NCBI GenBank assembly: GCA_021323225.1
Contig: JAJTCH010000001.1
Span: 689,120 to 753,119 of the forward strand
DNA: 64,000 nt
Direction: 5' to 3'
Source of the DNA: Rickettsiaceae bacterium
Lineage (GTDB): Bacteria > Pseudomonadota > Alphaproteobacteria > Rickettsiales > UBA1997
Shown: positions 18,147-26,611 of the stretch, piece by piece
Layout: each line of letters opens with the position of its first letter
How positions within the stretch are numbered: position 1 is the first letter of the stretch
The notes under the pieces: generated by a model
What the model saw: only the letters and a program-made list of their open reading frames with translations
What the model was told of the DNA's origin: nothing
The model's database searches: none
Position numbers and translations under genes: made by a program

Positions 18147-20130
18147 GGCAATCAAGGATCATGCAAAAGGCTCTAAATAGCTCAATTTCTGATATCAGCA
18201 CCTGGTCTTGAACAATGCAGGCTATGCAAAGACTCAATAATTTTTGCTTCTCCAGGGGATATAATTTTTCCAGCTTTTTAATTGCCTCATCCAATTTTGA
18301 AATAGTGATTTCACTTTTGTCTATAAAATAAAATTTATCAGCGTCTTTCTTGTCAGCCATTGCTTCTTTAAAATTATCTATCGCTTTAGCGCCAGATCTG
18401 GTGCCTTTGTGGATCAACAAAGACAAAAACAAACTCACTTCTTTTTCCAGATTATTCAAATTATAAGAGGCTTTAACCGGAATATTATTTTTATCAAACT
18501 CCCCCTCAAGACTCACTGACAAAATCTTGATCAGCATCCATTCAAAGAAATTGGTTTTGGAATCAACCCCAACCAATAATTCAATATTTCTTTTAAAATT
18601 CTGATATTGGAAAGGTGATAACTGCTTTAAAACCGGGATGCAAAGACTGATCAGGGCAATATAATATTTTTCTGCCAATTGGTGAATTTGCGGGCTTAAT
18701 TTTTGCACCAAATTAAGCACTTGGCCTTCAGAATTATTTTTTAAAATTTCTAGCTGTTGTTGATAAAAACTTTCTTCTTTCATCAGAATTAGCGAATAAA
18801 TAATCGCTCTGGCACCGAAAGTATTTGAGGTAGAATCTTTGATAAATTGCGGAATAGAAACAGTTAAATTGTGCGCCTTTTTTACCAATTCTTCATCAAT
18901 CACGCCAATAGTTTGGACCATGGCTCCTACCAATGAAACTATCGAACTTCTTTTATCAATCGAATTGTTATTTTTTATTTCTTCATCTGAAGCAAAAGTC
19001 TTTGGGGTTGGCTGGATGAATTGGCCATCCCAGTAAGGATCAACTTCCAATATCCTCTTTTCAAGAGGCGGATGAGTTGCCATTAGTGAGGACAAAGCAT
19101 TGTCTAACGCTGGCGCAAAAAACATGTGGCTAATTTCCGGAGCTTTTGCGTTAGTAATTTTTGAACCGAATTGACATCCGCCAATTTTTTTGAGAGCACC
19201 TGCCAAACCAAATGGGTTACGGGTAAATTGCACCGCACTGGCATCGGCCAAAGCTTCTCTTTTTCTACTAACCGATGCCTTAATTAAATTGCCGAAGAAA
19301 GTTCCTACATAGCCCACAATCATTAAAATAAAACCGGGAATAATTAATGTCTCTGATCCCAATCTTCCATATCTGCGGTTTCTGTATGTAATTATACTAC
19401 TGAGTTGTGCGGAATGATTATTCAAGTCCACTTTTATCCTGTTATGTATATCTCGCACCAAAAAATAGCCGGCCATTCCGATAACTAAAATGCCGTGCAA
19501 TATCGCTATCAGATTAATATTGAGACGGGCATCACCATTAAAAATATGGCTAAATTCATGGGCAATTACCCCTTGCAGCTCTTCCCGGTTCAAATTTTCT
19601 ATCGCACCGGATGTGACGCAAATAATAGCATCGCGCGCTGCAAAACCGGCCGCAAAAGCATTAATGCCATCTTCTTTAAGGATATAAACGGGAGGAACCG
19701 CAATGCCGGACGCAATTGACATTTCAGTGACAATATTAAGCAATTGTTTTTCCTGAAAATTTGTGGTGTCTGGCCAAATCATCCTGACGCCCATTTCTAT
19801 GGCAATCGCCTTACCACCACTTGCCAGTTGGAATCTTTTATAAATGCCGCAAATAACAATAAAAATGGCAACCGCAGCACCAATCTCAGAAAAGAGAATC
19901 CAATTAAAATTGATGAATAAATTATGAAATACTTGCTGAAAAGAAAGGCCGGAATAAGGATCAATATATATAATATTTCCCTCTTGATAATAAGAGTTTC
20001 GAAGCAGTGCCATGAAAAGCATTATCGATATATTAACAATGGCGGTAATGGCCAATACTGACAATATCAATAAAAAAATAAGCCTTCTGGTGACAGAACG
20101 CGCGCGGTCCTGCTTTTCAAAGAAGTTCAT
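18127..20130 (-). CDS. M48-family zinc metallopeptidase with long helical C-terminal extension
   Basis: N-terminal TM helices, HExxH in VIAHEFSHIFNGD, and about 300 aa of extra helical C-terminus. Adjacent to lemA. Confidence 0.75.
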   Translation of the reverse strand: MNFFEKQDRARSVTRRLIFLLILSVLAITAIVNISIMLFMALLRNSYYQEGNIIYIDPYSGLSFQQVFHNLFINFNWILFSEIGAAVAIFIVICGIYKRFQLASGGKAIAIEMGVRMIWPDTTNFQEKQLLNIVTEMSIASGIAVPPVYILKEDGINAFAAGFAARDAIICVTSGAIENLNREELQGVIAHEFSHIFNGDARLNINLIAILHGILVIGMAGYFLVRDIHNRIKVDLNNHSAQLSSIITYRNRRYGRLGSETLIIPGFILMIVGYVGTFFGNLIKASVSRKREALADASAVQFTRNPFGLAGALKKIGGCQFGSKITNAKAPEISHMFFAPALDNALSSLMATHPPLEKRILEVDPYWDGQFIQPTPKTFASDEEIKNNNSIDKRSSIVSLVGAMVQTIGVIDEELVKKAHNLTVSIPQFIKDSTSNTFGARAIIYSLILMKEESFYQQQLEILKNNSEGQVLNLVQKLSPQIHQLAEKYYIALISLCIPVLKQLSPFQYQNFKRNIELLVGVDSKTNFFEWMLIKILSVSLEGEFDKNNIPVKASYNLNNLEKEVSLFLSLLIHKGTRSGAKAIDNFKEAMADKKDADKFYFIDKSEITISKLDEAIKKLEKLYPLEKQKLLSLCIACIVQDQVLISEIELFRAFCMILDCPMPLIA

Positions 20131-20141
20131 TTGATGCAGAG

Positions 20142-20738
20142 CTAAAACGAAACTCTAGGAGCATTTTGCATGGCTTTGCTATCTTCAAATTCAAGCAAAG
20201 ATCCGTCTTCTTTTGCGCCAAAAAGGCTGGCAAAAATATTTTGCGGAAAGCTTTGTTTGTAAGTGTTATAAAGCATAACTTCATCGTTGTAAGCTTGTCT
20301 AGCAAAGGCAATTTTATTTTCCGTGCTGGTCAGTTCCTCAGAAAGCTGCATCATATTTTGATTGGCTTTCAAATCCGGATAGCTCTCCATCACCATATTG
20401 AATTTGCTCAAATTGCTTGCCAAAACACTTTCCGCATGGCCTAAATCTTGTATGGAAGACGCATTATTTGGATCGGAGGAGGCTTTGTTAAGAGCGTTAA
20501 CAGCGCCAGTTCTAGCTGCTGTAACGGCTTCCAAAGTGTTACTTTCATGCTTTAAGTAACCTTTGGCGGTTTCAATTAAATTTGGGATCAAATCATAGCG
20601 TCTTTTAAGCTGGACTTCGATTTGGGCAAAAGAATTTTTGATTCTGTTTTTAAAAGCAATAAGGCGATTGAAGACACTGACCAGATAAAATATAATGATA
20701 GCGACAATTGCGATAACGGAAATTAAGGCGGTGCTCAT
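20142..20738 (-). CDS. lemA: LemA family protein
   Basis: N-terminal TM helix then QIEVQLKRRYDLIPNLIETAKGY, the typical LemA core. Confidence 0.85.
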   Translation of the reverse strand: MSTALISVIAIVAIIIFYLVSVFNRLIAFKNRIKNSFAQIEVQLKRRYDLIPNLIETAKGYLKHESNTLEAVTAARTGAVNALNKASSDPNNASSIQDLGHAESVLASNLSKFNMVMESYPDLKANQNMMQLSEELTSTENKIAFARQAYNDEVMLYNTYKQSFPQNIFASLFGAKEDGSLLEFEDSKAMQNAPRVSF

Positions 20739-20773
20739 ATTGATTTGGGTTGGAGTTAGAGAAAAATAAAACT

Positions 20774-23491
20774 TTATTCGTAAGTATCAGCCTTTAAAAA
20801 AGGTATAATATCAAAAACCAGCGGCTTTTCACTATCTTCCAGAACCAATATTTTCCCGGCATTGCAGACATTTTGCAAATCAAGAATTATTGCAGAAATG
20901 TCGGATTTGCTATTGATATAAAATTTTTCCAACGGCGTTTTCATTGATAAATTATTATCCGATTTAAATTTGCGGATATTAAAAATCACTTCCTTGGCAA
21001 GCTCCCCAACTTTTATAGAATCTTCGTCCAGAATATAATCTTCCGATTTGCACCAACTTCCTCTTTGATGAATTGAGATTAATTTATTCGGGAAAATCGC
21101 CTGATAAAGCTCTTCAGAAACATGCGGAATGAAAGGCGCGAATAATTTAAGTAAAGCTTCCAGGCAGTGATAAAGCGTAATCAAACCACTTTGCTGGCCC
21201 GCAGCTATTTTTGCTTTTTCTTCCGCAGTTAAATCCAATTGCTTATATTTGTCAGCAGCAAGACCATAAGAACGCACTTTGACAATTTCTAAATAATTGT
21301 CACAAAAATCATTCCAGAAAAAATCCTCCACAGCCTGACGGGCTTTGGCATATTCGAATTCTTCAAATTCTTTTTCTGCCTTATTTATAGTTTGTGTCAG
21401 ACGACTCAAAATCCATAAATCAGCAGCTTCGTTGATGATTCTGGAAGCAACATCCTGTTTAGCAGTGCTTGGTTTATGAGTTAAATCAGCAAAATTCTGG
21501 CTAACAAATTTGGAAGCATTAAATAATTTGGTAATCAATTTTCCACCAATCTTGAACAGCTCCTCACTATAAGCAATATCTGCGCCCAGATTAGATGCTG
21601 AAGCCCAATAACGCACAACATCCGCACCCTTCTCTTCAATCAAAGATTGCGGAGTAATCACATTACCTTTCGATTTACTCATCTTGGTTTTATCCGCCGC
21701 TAAACACCAACCAGAAATCATCAAATTTTTCCATGGGATTTTATCCTCATGCAACATCGCCTTAGCAATAGTATAAAACGCCCAAGTACGAATAATCTCA
21801 TGCGCCTGCGGACGCATATCAGCAGGAAAAAGTTTTTCGTGACGCTGTTTATCAATACAGAAATCTTTGCTAATCCCTTTAGAAGAAAGTTGTGGAGAAA
21901 TTGAAGAAGTGGCCCAGGTGTCCATTACATCGGTTTCTGCATCCACTATCCATTCGATCCCATCCTTATCCGTAACAATTTTTCTACCATCTTTAAATTT
22001 TCCAGTATCAAAATATCCAGTTGGCAAATCTTTCAAAGGATCAACTGGCAGCTGTTCCAACGGAGCAACAATTATTGGAGCTATTGGCTTTTCATTGGCT
22101 TTTTGCTGATCAAATTTTCCACCAACATACCAACTATCTGCTCTTACTTGCTTTTCTTTCTCATCCTTTATTTCTAAATGCCAAACTGGAAATGGCACCC
22201 CAAAATAACGCTGACGAGAAATACACCAATCCCACGCTAAATTATCAATCCATTGCTCGACACGGATTTTCATATAGTCAGGATACCATTTGCATTCATT
22301 GGCTTTTGCTTTGAGCTGTTCTTTCTTATCGAGGATTTTTACGAACCATTGTGGCATTGTTAAAATCTCAATTGGAGCTCCAGAACGCTCGGCACATTTA
22401 ACAGAATGGGTAATTGGATTTGATTTTAGTAAAAGATTTTCACTGATTAAATTTGCAATTACATCTTCTCTTGCTTCTTTGATTTTTTTCCCAATTAAAG
22501 GAACAAAAAACTTTTCATGTTTCTCTTCTGTAGCTTTTATATAATTTTGATCCTTTTCGAATATCTCTTTCAAACTCTTTTCTAGGTAAGCAATTCTTCC
22601 ATCTTCACCGATCATGATTTTCAGATCTAACTCATGTTTCTGCCACCACTTGATATCGGTCTCGTCACCAAAAGTACAGCACATCACCGCACCACTTCCT
22701 TTATCCATCTGCACTAATTCATCAGGAATAATTGGAACTTTAACACCAAACAAAGCAGTGATTGCCTTTTTGCCATGTAAATTTTTATAACGAGAATCAT
22801 CAGGATGAACCATCACAGCAACGCAGGCAGGAAGTAGCTCAGGACGGGTTGTGGCAATAACAATTTCCCCACCACCTTCCACACCAAATTTGATGTCATG
22901 CATCGCACTTGGCATTTCTTTATCTACCAAATCGGCTTGTGATAAAGCAGTTCTATCGACACAATCCCAAAGCACCGGCGCAAATCTTCTTTCAACTAAT
23001 TTTTTATTAAACAAGTCAACAAAACTAGCTTGGGAAATTTTTTGAGATTCCTTGGAAATAGTTTGATATTTCTGGCTCCAATCAACTGAAAGCGCAACTG
23101 TGTTGAATAGATTTTCAAACTCAACCTCTGCAACATCTACAACTTTTTGGCATTCATTAACAAACTCTTCACGCGGCATTTGATTAGCTTTTTTGCCAAT
23201 AGTTTTCTCAACCAATCTTTCAGTCGGCAAACCATTATCATCAAAACCCATCGGATAAAAAACATCAAAGCCCTTCATGCGTTTGAATCTGGCGATGAAA
23301 TCTGCTTGGGTATAGCTAAAAATATGGCCCATATGGAGAAGGCCGGAAACTGTTGGTGGTGGGGTGTCGATTACGAAAGTTTGATTTTTCGGCAAATCAT
23401 TTTGCCATTTGTAAATTTGCTTTTCGGCCCAGAAATTTTGCTGTTTCTTTTCAGTTTGCTGCGGATTGTAGCGATCGGGAAGTTTAGACAT
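20774..23491 (-). CDS. valS: valine--tRNA ligase, type-2 (archaeal/actinobacterial-like) form
   Basis: IDTPPPTVSGLLHMGH...YPMGFDDNGLPTE N-terminus and KMSKSKGN; 905 aa; no long C-terminal coiled coil. Confidence 0.85.
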   Translation of the reverse strand: MSKLPDRYNPQQTEKKQQNFWAEKQIYKWQNDLPKNQTFVIDTPPPTVSGLLHMGHIFSYTQADFIARFKRMKGFDVFYPMGFDDNGLPTERLVEKTIGKKANQMPREEFVNECQKVVDVAEVEFENLFNTVALSVDWSQKYQTISKESQKISQASFVDLFNKKLVERRFAPVLWDCVDRTALSQADLVDKEMPSAMHDIKFGVEGGGEIVIATTRPELLPACVAVMVHPDDSRYKNLHGKKAITALFGVKVPIIPDELVQMDKGSGAVMCCTFGDETDIKWWQKHELDLKIMIGEDGRIAYLEKSLKEIFEKDQNYIKATEEKHEKFFVPLIGKKIKEAREDVIANLISENLLLKSNPITHSVKCAERSGAPIEILTMPQWFVKILDKKEQLKAKANECKWYPDYMKIRVEQWIDNLAWDWCISRQRYFGVPFPVWHLEIKDEKEKQVRADSWYVGGKFDQQKANEKPIAPIIVAPLEQLPVDPLKDLPTGYFDTGKFKDGRKIVTDKDGIEWIVDAETDVMDTWATSSISPQLSSKGISKDFCIDKQRHEKLFPADMRPQAHEIIRTWAFYTIAKAMLHEDKIPWKNLMISGWCLAADKTKMSKSKGNVITPQSLIEEKGADVVRYWASASNLGADIAYSEELFKIGGKLITKLFNASKFVSQNFADLTHKPSTAKQDVASRIINEAADLWILSRLTQTINKAEKEFEEFEYAKARQAVEDFFWNDFCDNYLEIVKVRSYGLAADKYKQLDLTAEEKAKIAAGQQSGLITLYHCLEALLKLFAPFIPHVSEELYQAIFPNKLISIHQRGSWCKSEDYILDEDSIKVGELAKEVIFNIRKFKSDNNLSMKTPLEKFYINSKSDISAIILDLQNVCNAGKILVLEDSEKPLVFDIIPFLKADTYE

Positions 23492-23519
23492 TATTTAGCG
23501 AATAAAGATGAGATGGATA

Positions 23520-23828
23520 TTACCAAACTTCCTTGCCGACTGGCTTGGTTTCAAATTCTTTGGAATTAGGACGATTTTTAGAATTAATCTTTTTGCACAT
23601 TTTTTCTAAGTCCATTTTTTCAACATCCGCCCAGAAATTACTAGAATTATCATCAACATCTTTCTGAATGACCAGTGTATTACTTTTAACAGTAAGGCTA
23701 ACTTTTGATCCTTTTTTTAGTCCAAGTAGATCTAGGACTTTTTTAGGAATTCTAAAGCCAACACTGTTTCCCCAGGAATTAAGTTCGGATTTAATCAGAT
23801 AATGTGTGTTTAAAATTGCTTTGGTCAT
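23520..23828 (-). CDS. mazE: MazE/ChpS-like antitoxin (AbrB/SpoVT fold)
   Basis: WGNSVGFRIPKKVLDLLGLKKGSKV swapped-hairpin motif. The C-terminus ...KPVGKEVW resembles the E. coli MazE ending ...DKEVW (recalled). Confidence 0.8.
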   Translation of the reverse strand: MTKAILNTHYLIKSELNSWGNSVGFRIPKKVLDLLGLKKGSKVSLTVKSNTLVIQKDVDDNSSNFWADVEKMDLEKMCKKINSKNRPNSKEFETKPVGKEVW

Positions 23829-23872
23829 ACTAACTTGTTAATTAAAGATTTTTGTGCTTATACGAAAATTTA

Positions 23873-23968
23873 TATTTCCCTATTTCCCTATTTCCCTATT
23901 TCCCTATTTCCCTATTTCCCTATTTCCCTATTTCCCTATTTCCCTATTTCCCTATTTCCCTATTTCCC
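23873..23968. repeat. perfect tandem array (TATTTCCC)x12; minus strand reads (GGGAAATA)x12
   Basis: Counted directly from the sequence: 12 contiguous identical 8-bp units, 96 bp. Confidence 0.95.
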
Positions 23969-23971
23969 TAT

Positions 23972-24003
23972 ATATATTTATATATTTATATATTTATATA
24001 TTT
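23972..24003. repeat. perfect tandem array (ATATATTT)x4
   Basis: Counted directly; begins 3 nt after the first array. Confidence 0.9.
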
Positions 24004-24091
24004 TGTCAATAATATGTTTATACATGTATATATTTATTGACTAATTTTTCTTTTTAAAAATAATCCAGATTTTTCACCTTATATATTCTAT

Positions 24092-24436
24092 ATGACTGGC
24101 TACAAGGCTCAAAGAGGGGATATTGTCTGGATTGATTTTGATCCACAATCAGGAAGAGAAATTCAAAAAAGAAGGCCAGCTTTAGTTATATCCTCAGGAA
24201 GTTATAATGAAAAATCCCATTTCATTATTGTTTGTCCAGTTACCAGCAAAGTTAAGGGCTATCCTTTTGAAGTAGCGATAAAACAGAAAGGAATAAACGG
24301 ATCAATATTAGCCGATCAAATTAAAAGCTTAGACTGCGTAGCTAGAAAAATTGAGTTTATTGAGAAGTGCAACCAAGAGTCTTTTGATAAGACATTAAAA
24401 ATTATAGCCTTAATACTAGATCTTCACAGAATTTAA
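24092..24436 (+). CDS. mazF: MazF/PemK-family endoribonuclease toxin
   Basis: RGDIVWIDFDPQSGREIQKRRPALVIS and KGYPFEV...LADQIKSLD align by eye with E. coli MazF (GDLIWVDFDP...RPAVVLS...KGYPFEV...LADQVKSI). Confidence 0.85.
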   Translation: MTGYKAQRGDIVWIDFDPQSGREIQKRRPALVISSGSYNEKSHFIIVCPVTSKVKGYPFEVAIKQKGINGSILADQIKSLDCVARKIEFIEKCNQESFDKTLKIIALILDLHRI

Positions 24437-24443
24437 GTAGAAG

Positions 24444-25817
24444 CTACTTCACCACCACTAAATTAGTAGTGAACCTACCGATAGTATGCAAATATAAGGT
24501 TCCATCAACCACGATTGGGCTGTGGAAAATTTGCTGGTCAAGTTTTTTGGTTTGCAAAATTTTGCCGTCCAAAGGCGAGATAACTAGCAATTCACGGTTA
24601 GAATTGGTCATGATTAAATTATCTCCAGCCATGATGATGCCATTATAAATAATTTTGCCGCTTTTGGCTTTTTTGCCTAAATATTTTTTGAGCTGGACAA
24701 ACCATTTAATGCCGCCGGTATTTTTATATAGGCAGATTAGTTGGTTGTCATTATTTACCAAATAAATGAAATCTCCGGCAATCCAGAAATCCGTAATCGA
24801 AGCTAGCTCTTTTTGCCACAAAATTGCGCCGTCGATAATTCTAATTGCCATCATCAATCCGCCATTGCCAATGGCGTAAACCACGTCATTTTTTATAACC
24901 GGAGTGGCATCAACATCATTTAGGATGAAATCAGAATTGTCGATTTTGCTGATATTTAGATCATAAACCCAGCCAACTTCGCCATTCTTTTTGTTTAGAG
25001 CGTAAACTTCACCCGATGAGTAGGAAGAAATCAGGTAATTTTTATAAAGAACTGGGTTGGCCGAACCTAAAATACCGGTTGCCTTTAAAATGCCGGAATG
25101 TGTCCAATTTATCTCGCCGGTTTTAGCATTTAGTGCATAAGTTTTATTGTCATTAGCGATAACAAAAACTTGATTGCCGTCAGAAATTGGTGCGGAAATT
25201 GGTATTGAAGAAATGGTTTTGCGCCAGATGATTCTGCCATCTTTGGCATTAACACATATAACCATATTGTAACCACTGGAGACAAAAACCTGGCCGTTAA
25301 AATAAGAAATTTTGCCGCTGGCTAAGCTTTTGATAAACCATTTATTGATGAGCTTTTTCTTCCAAATGACTTTGTAGGTAGATAAATCCCTGGCATATAA
25401 ATTGCCCTTGGCATCAAGAACATAAATTGCCTTAGCTTCATCAGTTTTTGGTTTTACCAATAAATTTTCATCCGAATTTGGTGAAGAAATAGCAGGCGCA
25501 AAAACTGCCCGGTCATTAAAGCCTGGCCTATAGCCAGCCCAGATTGAATCTAGGGAAGAAATGTGACTGGTAAAAGCAAAATTCTCGCTTCTTTGGTTAT
25601 TGTCATTATTGCTGCCAAACCAGGAATTATTATTGATTTGTTTTGGAAGTGAAATTTTAAGATCGGATAAAGCAGAATCGGCCTTGATTGATTCGATATC
25701 AGCAAAAACCGAAACGGCGTTTTTATCATCAATTTTTTTATCGGAAGCGCAGGAGGTTAGAAAAATTGCGCACAAAATTGCAGATGGAACCAATAAAAAA
25801 TTTCTCATTACTAGCAT
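24444..25817 (-). CDS. bamB: outer-membrane protein assembly factor BamB-like lipoprotein (PQQ-type beta-propeller)
   Basis: Lipobox LTSC. At least six blades with the x-A-x-D/N-x-x-T/D-G-x-x-x-W signature (e.g. NAKDGRIIW, NAKTGEINW, NKKNGEVGW). Confidence 0.7.
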   Translation of the reverse strand: MLVMRNFLLVPSAILCAIFLTSCASDKKIDDKNAVSVFADIESIKADSALSDLKISLPKQINNNSWFGSNNDNNQRSENFAFTSHISSLDSIWAGYRPGFNDRAVFAPAISSPNSDENLLVKPKTDEAKAIYVLDAKGNLYARDLSTYKVIWKKKLINKWFIKSLASGKISYFNGQVFVSSGYNMVICVNAKDGRIIWRKTISSIPISAPISDGNQVFVIANDNKTYALNAKTGEINWTHSGILKATGILGSANPVLYKNYLISSYSSGEVYALNKKNGEVGWVYDLNISKIDNSDFILNDVDATPVIKNDVVYAIGNGGLMMAIRIIDGAILWQKELASITDFWIAGDFIYLVNNDNQLICLYKNTGGIKWFVQLKKYLGKKAKSGKIIYNGIIMAGDNLIMTNSNRELLVISPLDGKILQTKKLDQQIFHSPIVVDGTLYLHTIGRFTTNLVVVK

Positions 25818-26608
25818 TATTTTTTATCTTCTTTTTTTTCCTCTTCAGACTTTTTTTCGTCTTTGGATTCAGTTTTAGCTTCAGTTTTTTCTTCAACTTT
25901 AGCTTTGTCTTTATCCGCTGATTCTTCAACTTCTTCGCCAAACCTTACTTTGTAAAGACCAAGCATTTCTTCGGTTCTTTTTTTCAAAGCGTCAGGAATG
26001 TCTTTGTTGGAATCTAATTCCTTAAAAATTTTCCCGGCTTCTTTAAAATTGCCGGCATTCCACTCAAAAATACCTTTTTGTTCAGTGACGTAATATTTAA
26101 GGGTTTTACTGTTTTTTTCTAAATCAGTTAACAACGCTCTGATCTTGTCATGGCTTTCTTTGTTATTTTGATTGATCAAAAATTTGATTGCCACCAAACC
26201 AGCATATTCTTTGATATATGGATCAAAATTTTTGCTTTTGCTGATTCTTAAATAAACATCAATTGCCTGTTCAATTTTTTTATCTTTAACAAGTTGAGAA
26301 GCATATTTTAAAGAAGCAATTTCCCTAACTCCGACAGGCGCCATGCTGTTATAAATTTTCTTCAAAGCTTCGTTGGATTTTTCCATCTCACCATTTTGCT
26401 CATCAACTAGTGCTTGATGCAAAATAGCAGAATATTTTTTGGATTGGACTTGGTTATAAAAATTAAAAGATAGGACCAAAACCAAAGCCAATAGAGCGAA
26501 CACCACCAAATAGATGATGGAGTTTTTATGTCTTTGCAAGCAAGCAATGATTTTCTCTTGAGTGAATTCAGATTTAACTTTTTCGCAAAATAAATTTAGC
26601 TTGTTCAT
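25817..26608 (-). CDS. membrane-anchored TPR-like protein, YfgM-like
   Basis: One TM helix (IIYLVVFALLALVLVLSF), helical repeats, K/E-rich tail. Lies directly upstream of bamB, as yfgM does in other proteobacteria. Confidence 0.5.
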   Translation of the reverse strand: MNKLNLFCEKVKSEFTQEKIIACLQRHKNSIIYLVVFALLALVLVLSFNFYNQVQSKKYSAILHQALVDEQNGEMEKSNEALKKIYNSMAPVGVREIASLKYASQLVKDKKIEQAIDVYLRISKSKNFDPYIKEYAGLVAIKFLINQNNKESHDKIRALLTDLEKNSKTLKYYVTEQKGIFEWNAGNFKEAGKIFKELDSNKDIPDALKKRTEEMLGLYKVRFGEEVEESADKDKAKVEEKTEAKTESKDEKKSEEEKKEDKK

Positions 26609-26611
26609 ATT

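Noticed and set aside
23873-23968. Possible CRISPR array or telomere-like repeat.
   Set aside because: The units are contiguous with no spacers and are only 8 bp, so this is not a CRISPR array. The unit AAATAGGG is not identical to any telomere repeat I know (for example TTTAGGG or TTTTAGGG), and it lies inside a chromosome between core genes.
23835-24044. Two overlapping plus-strand ORFs encoding FPYFPISL repeats.
   Set aside because: They are just the 8-bp tandem array read in different frames (8 x 3 = 24 bp gives an 8-aa period). The unit lacks stop codons, there is no RBS, and they lie in the promoter spacer.
25688-25941. Short K/E/F-rich ORFs on both strands (25688-25921 +, 25738-25941 -, 25600-25878 +).
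   Set aside because: They overlap the bamB 5' end and the low-complexity K/E-rich C-terminal tail of the YfgM-like gene. They are a compositional artefact.
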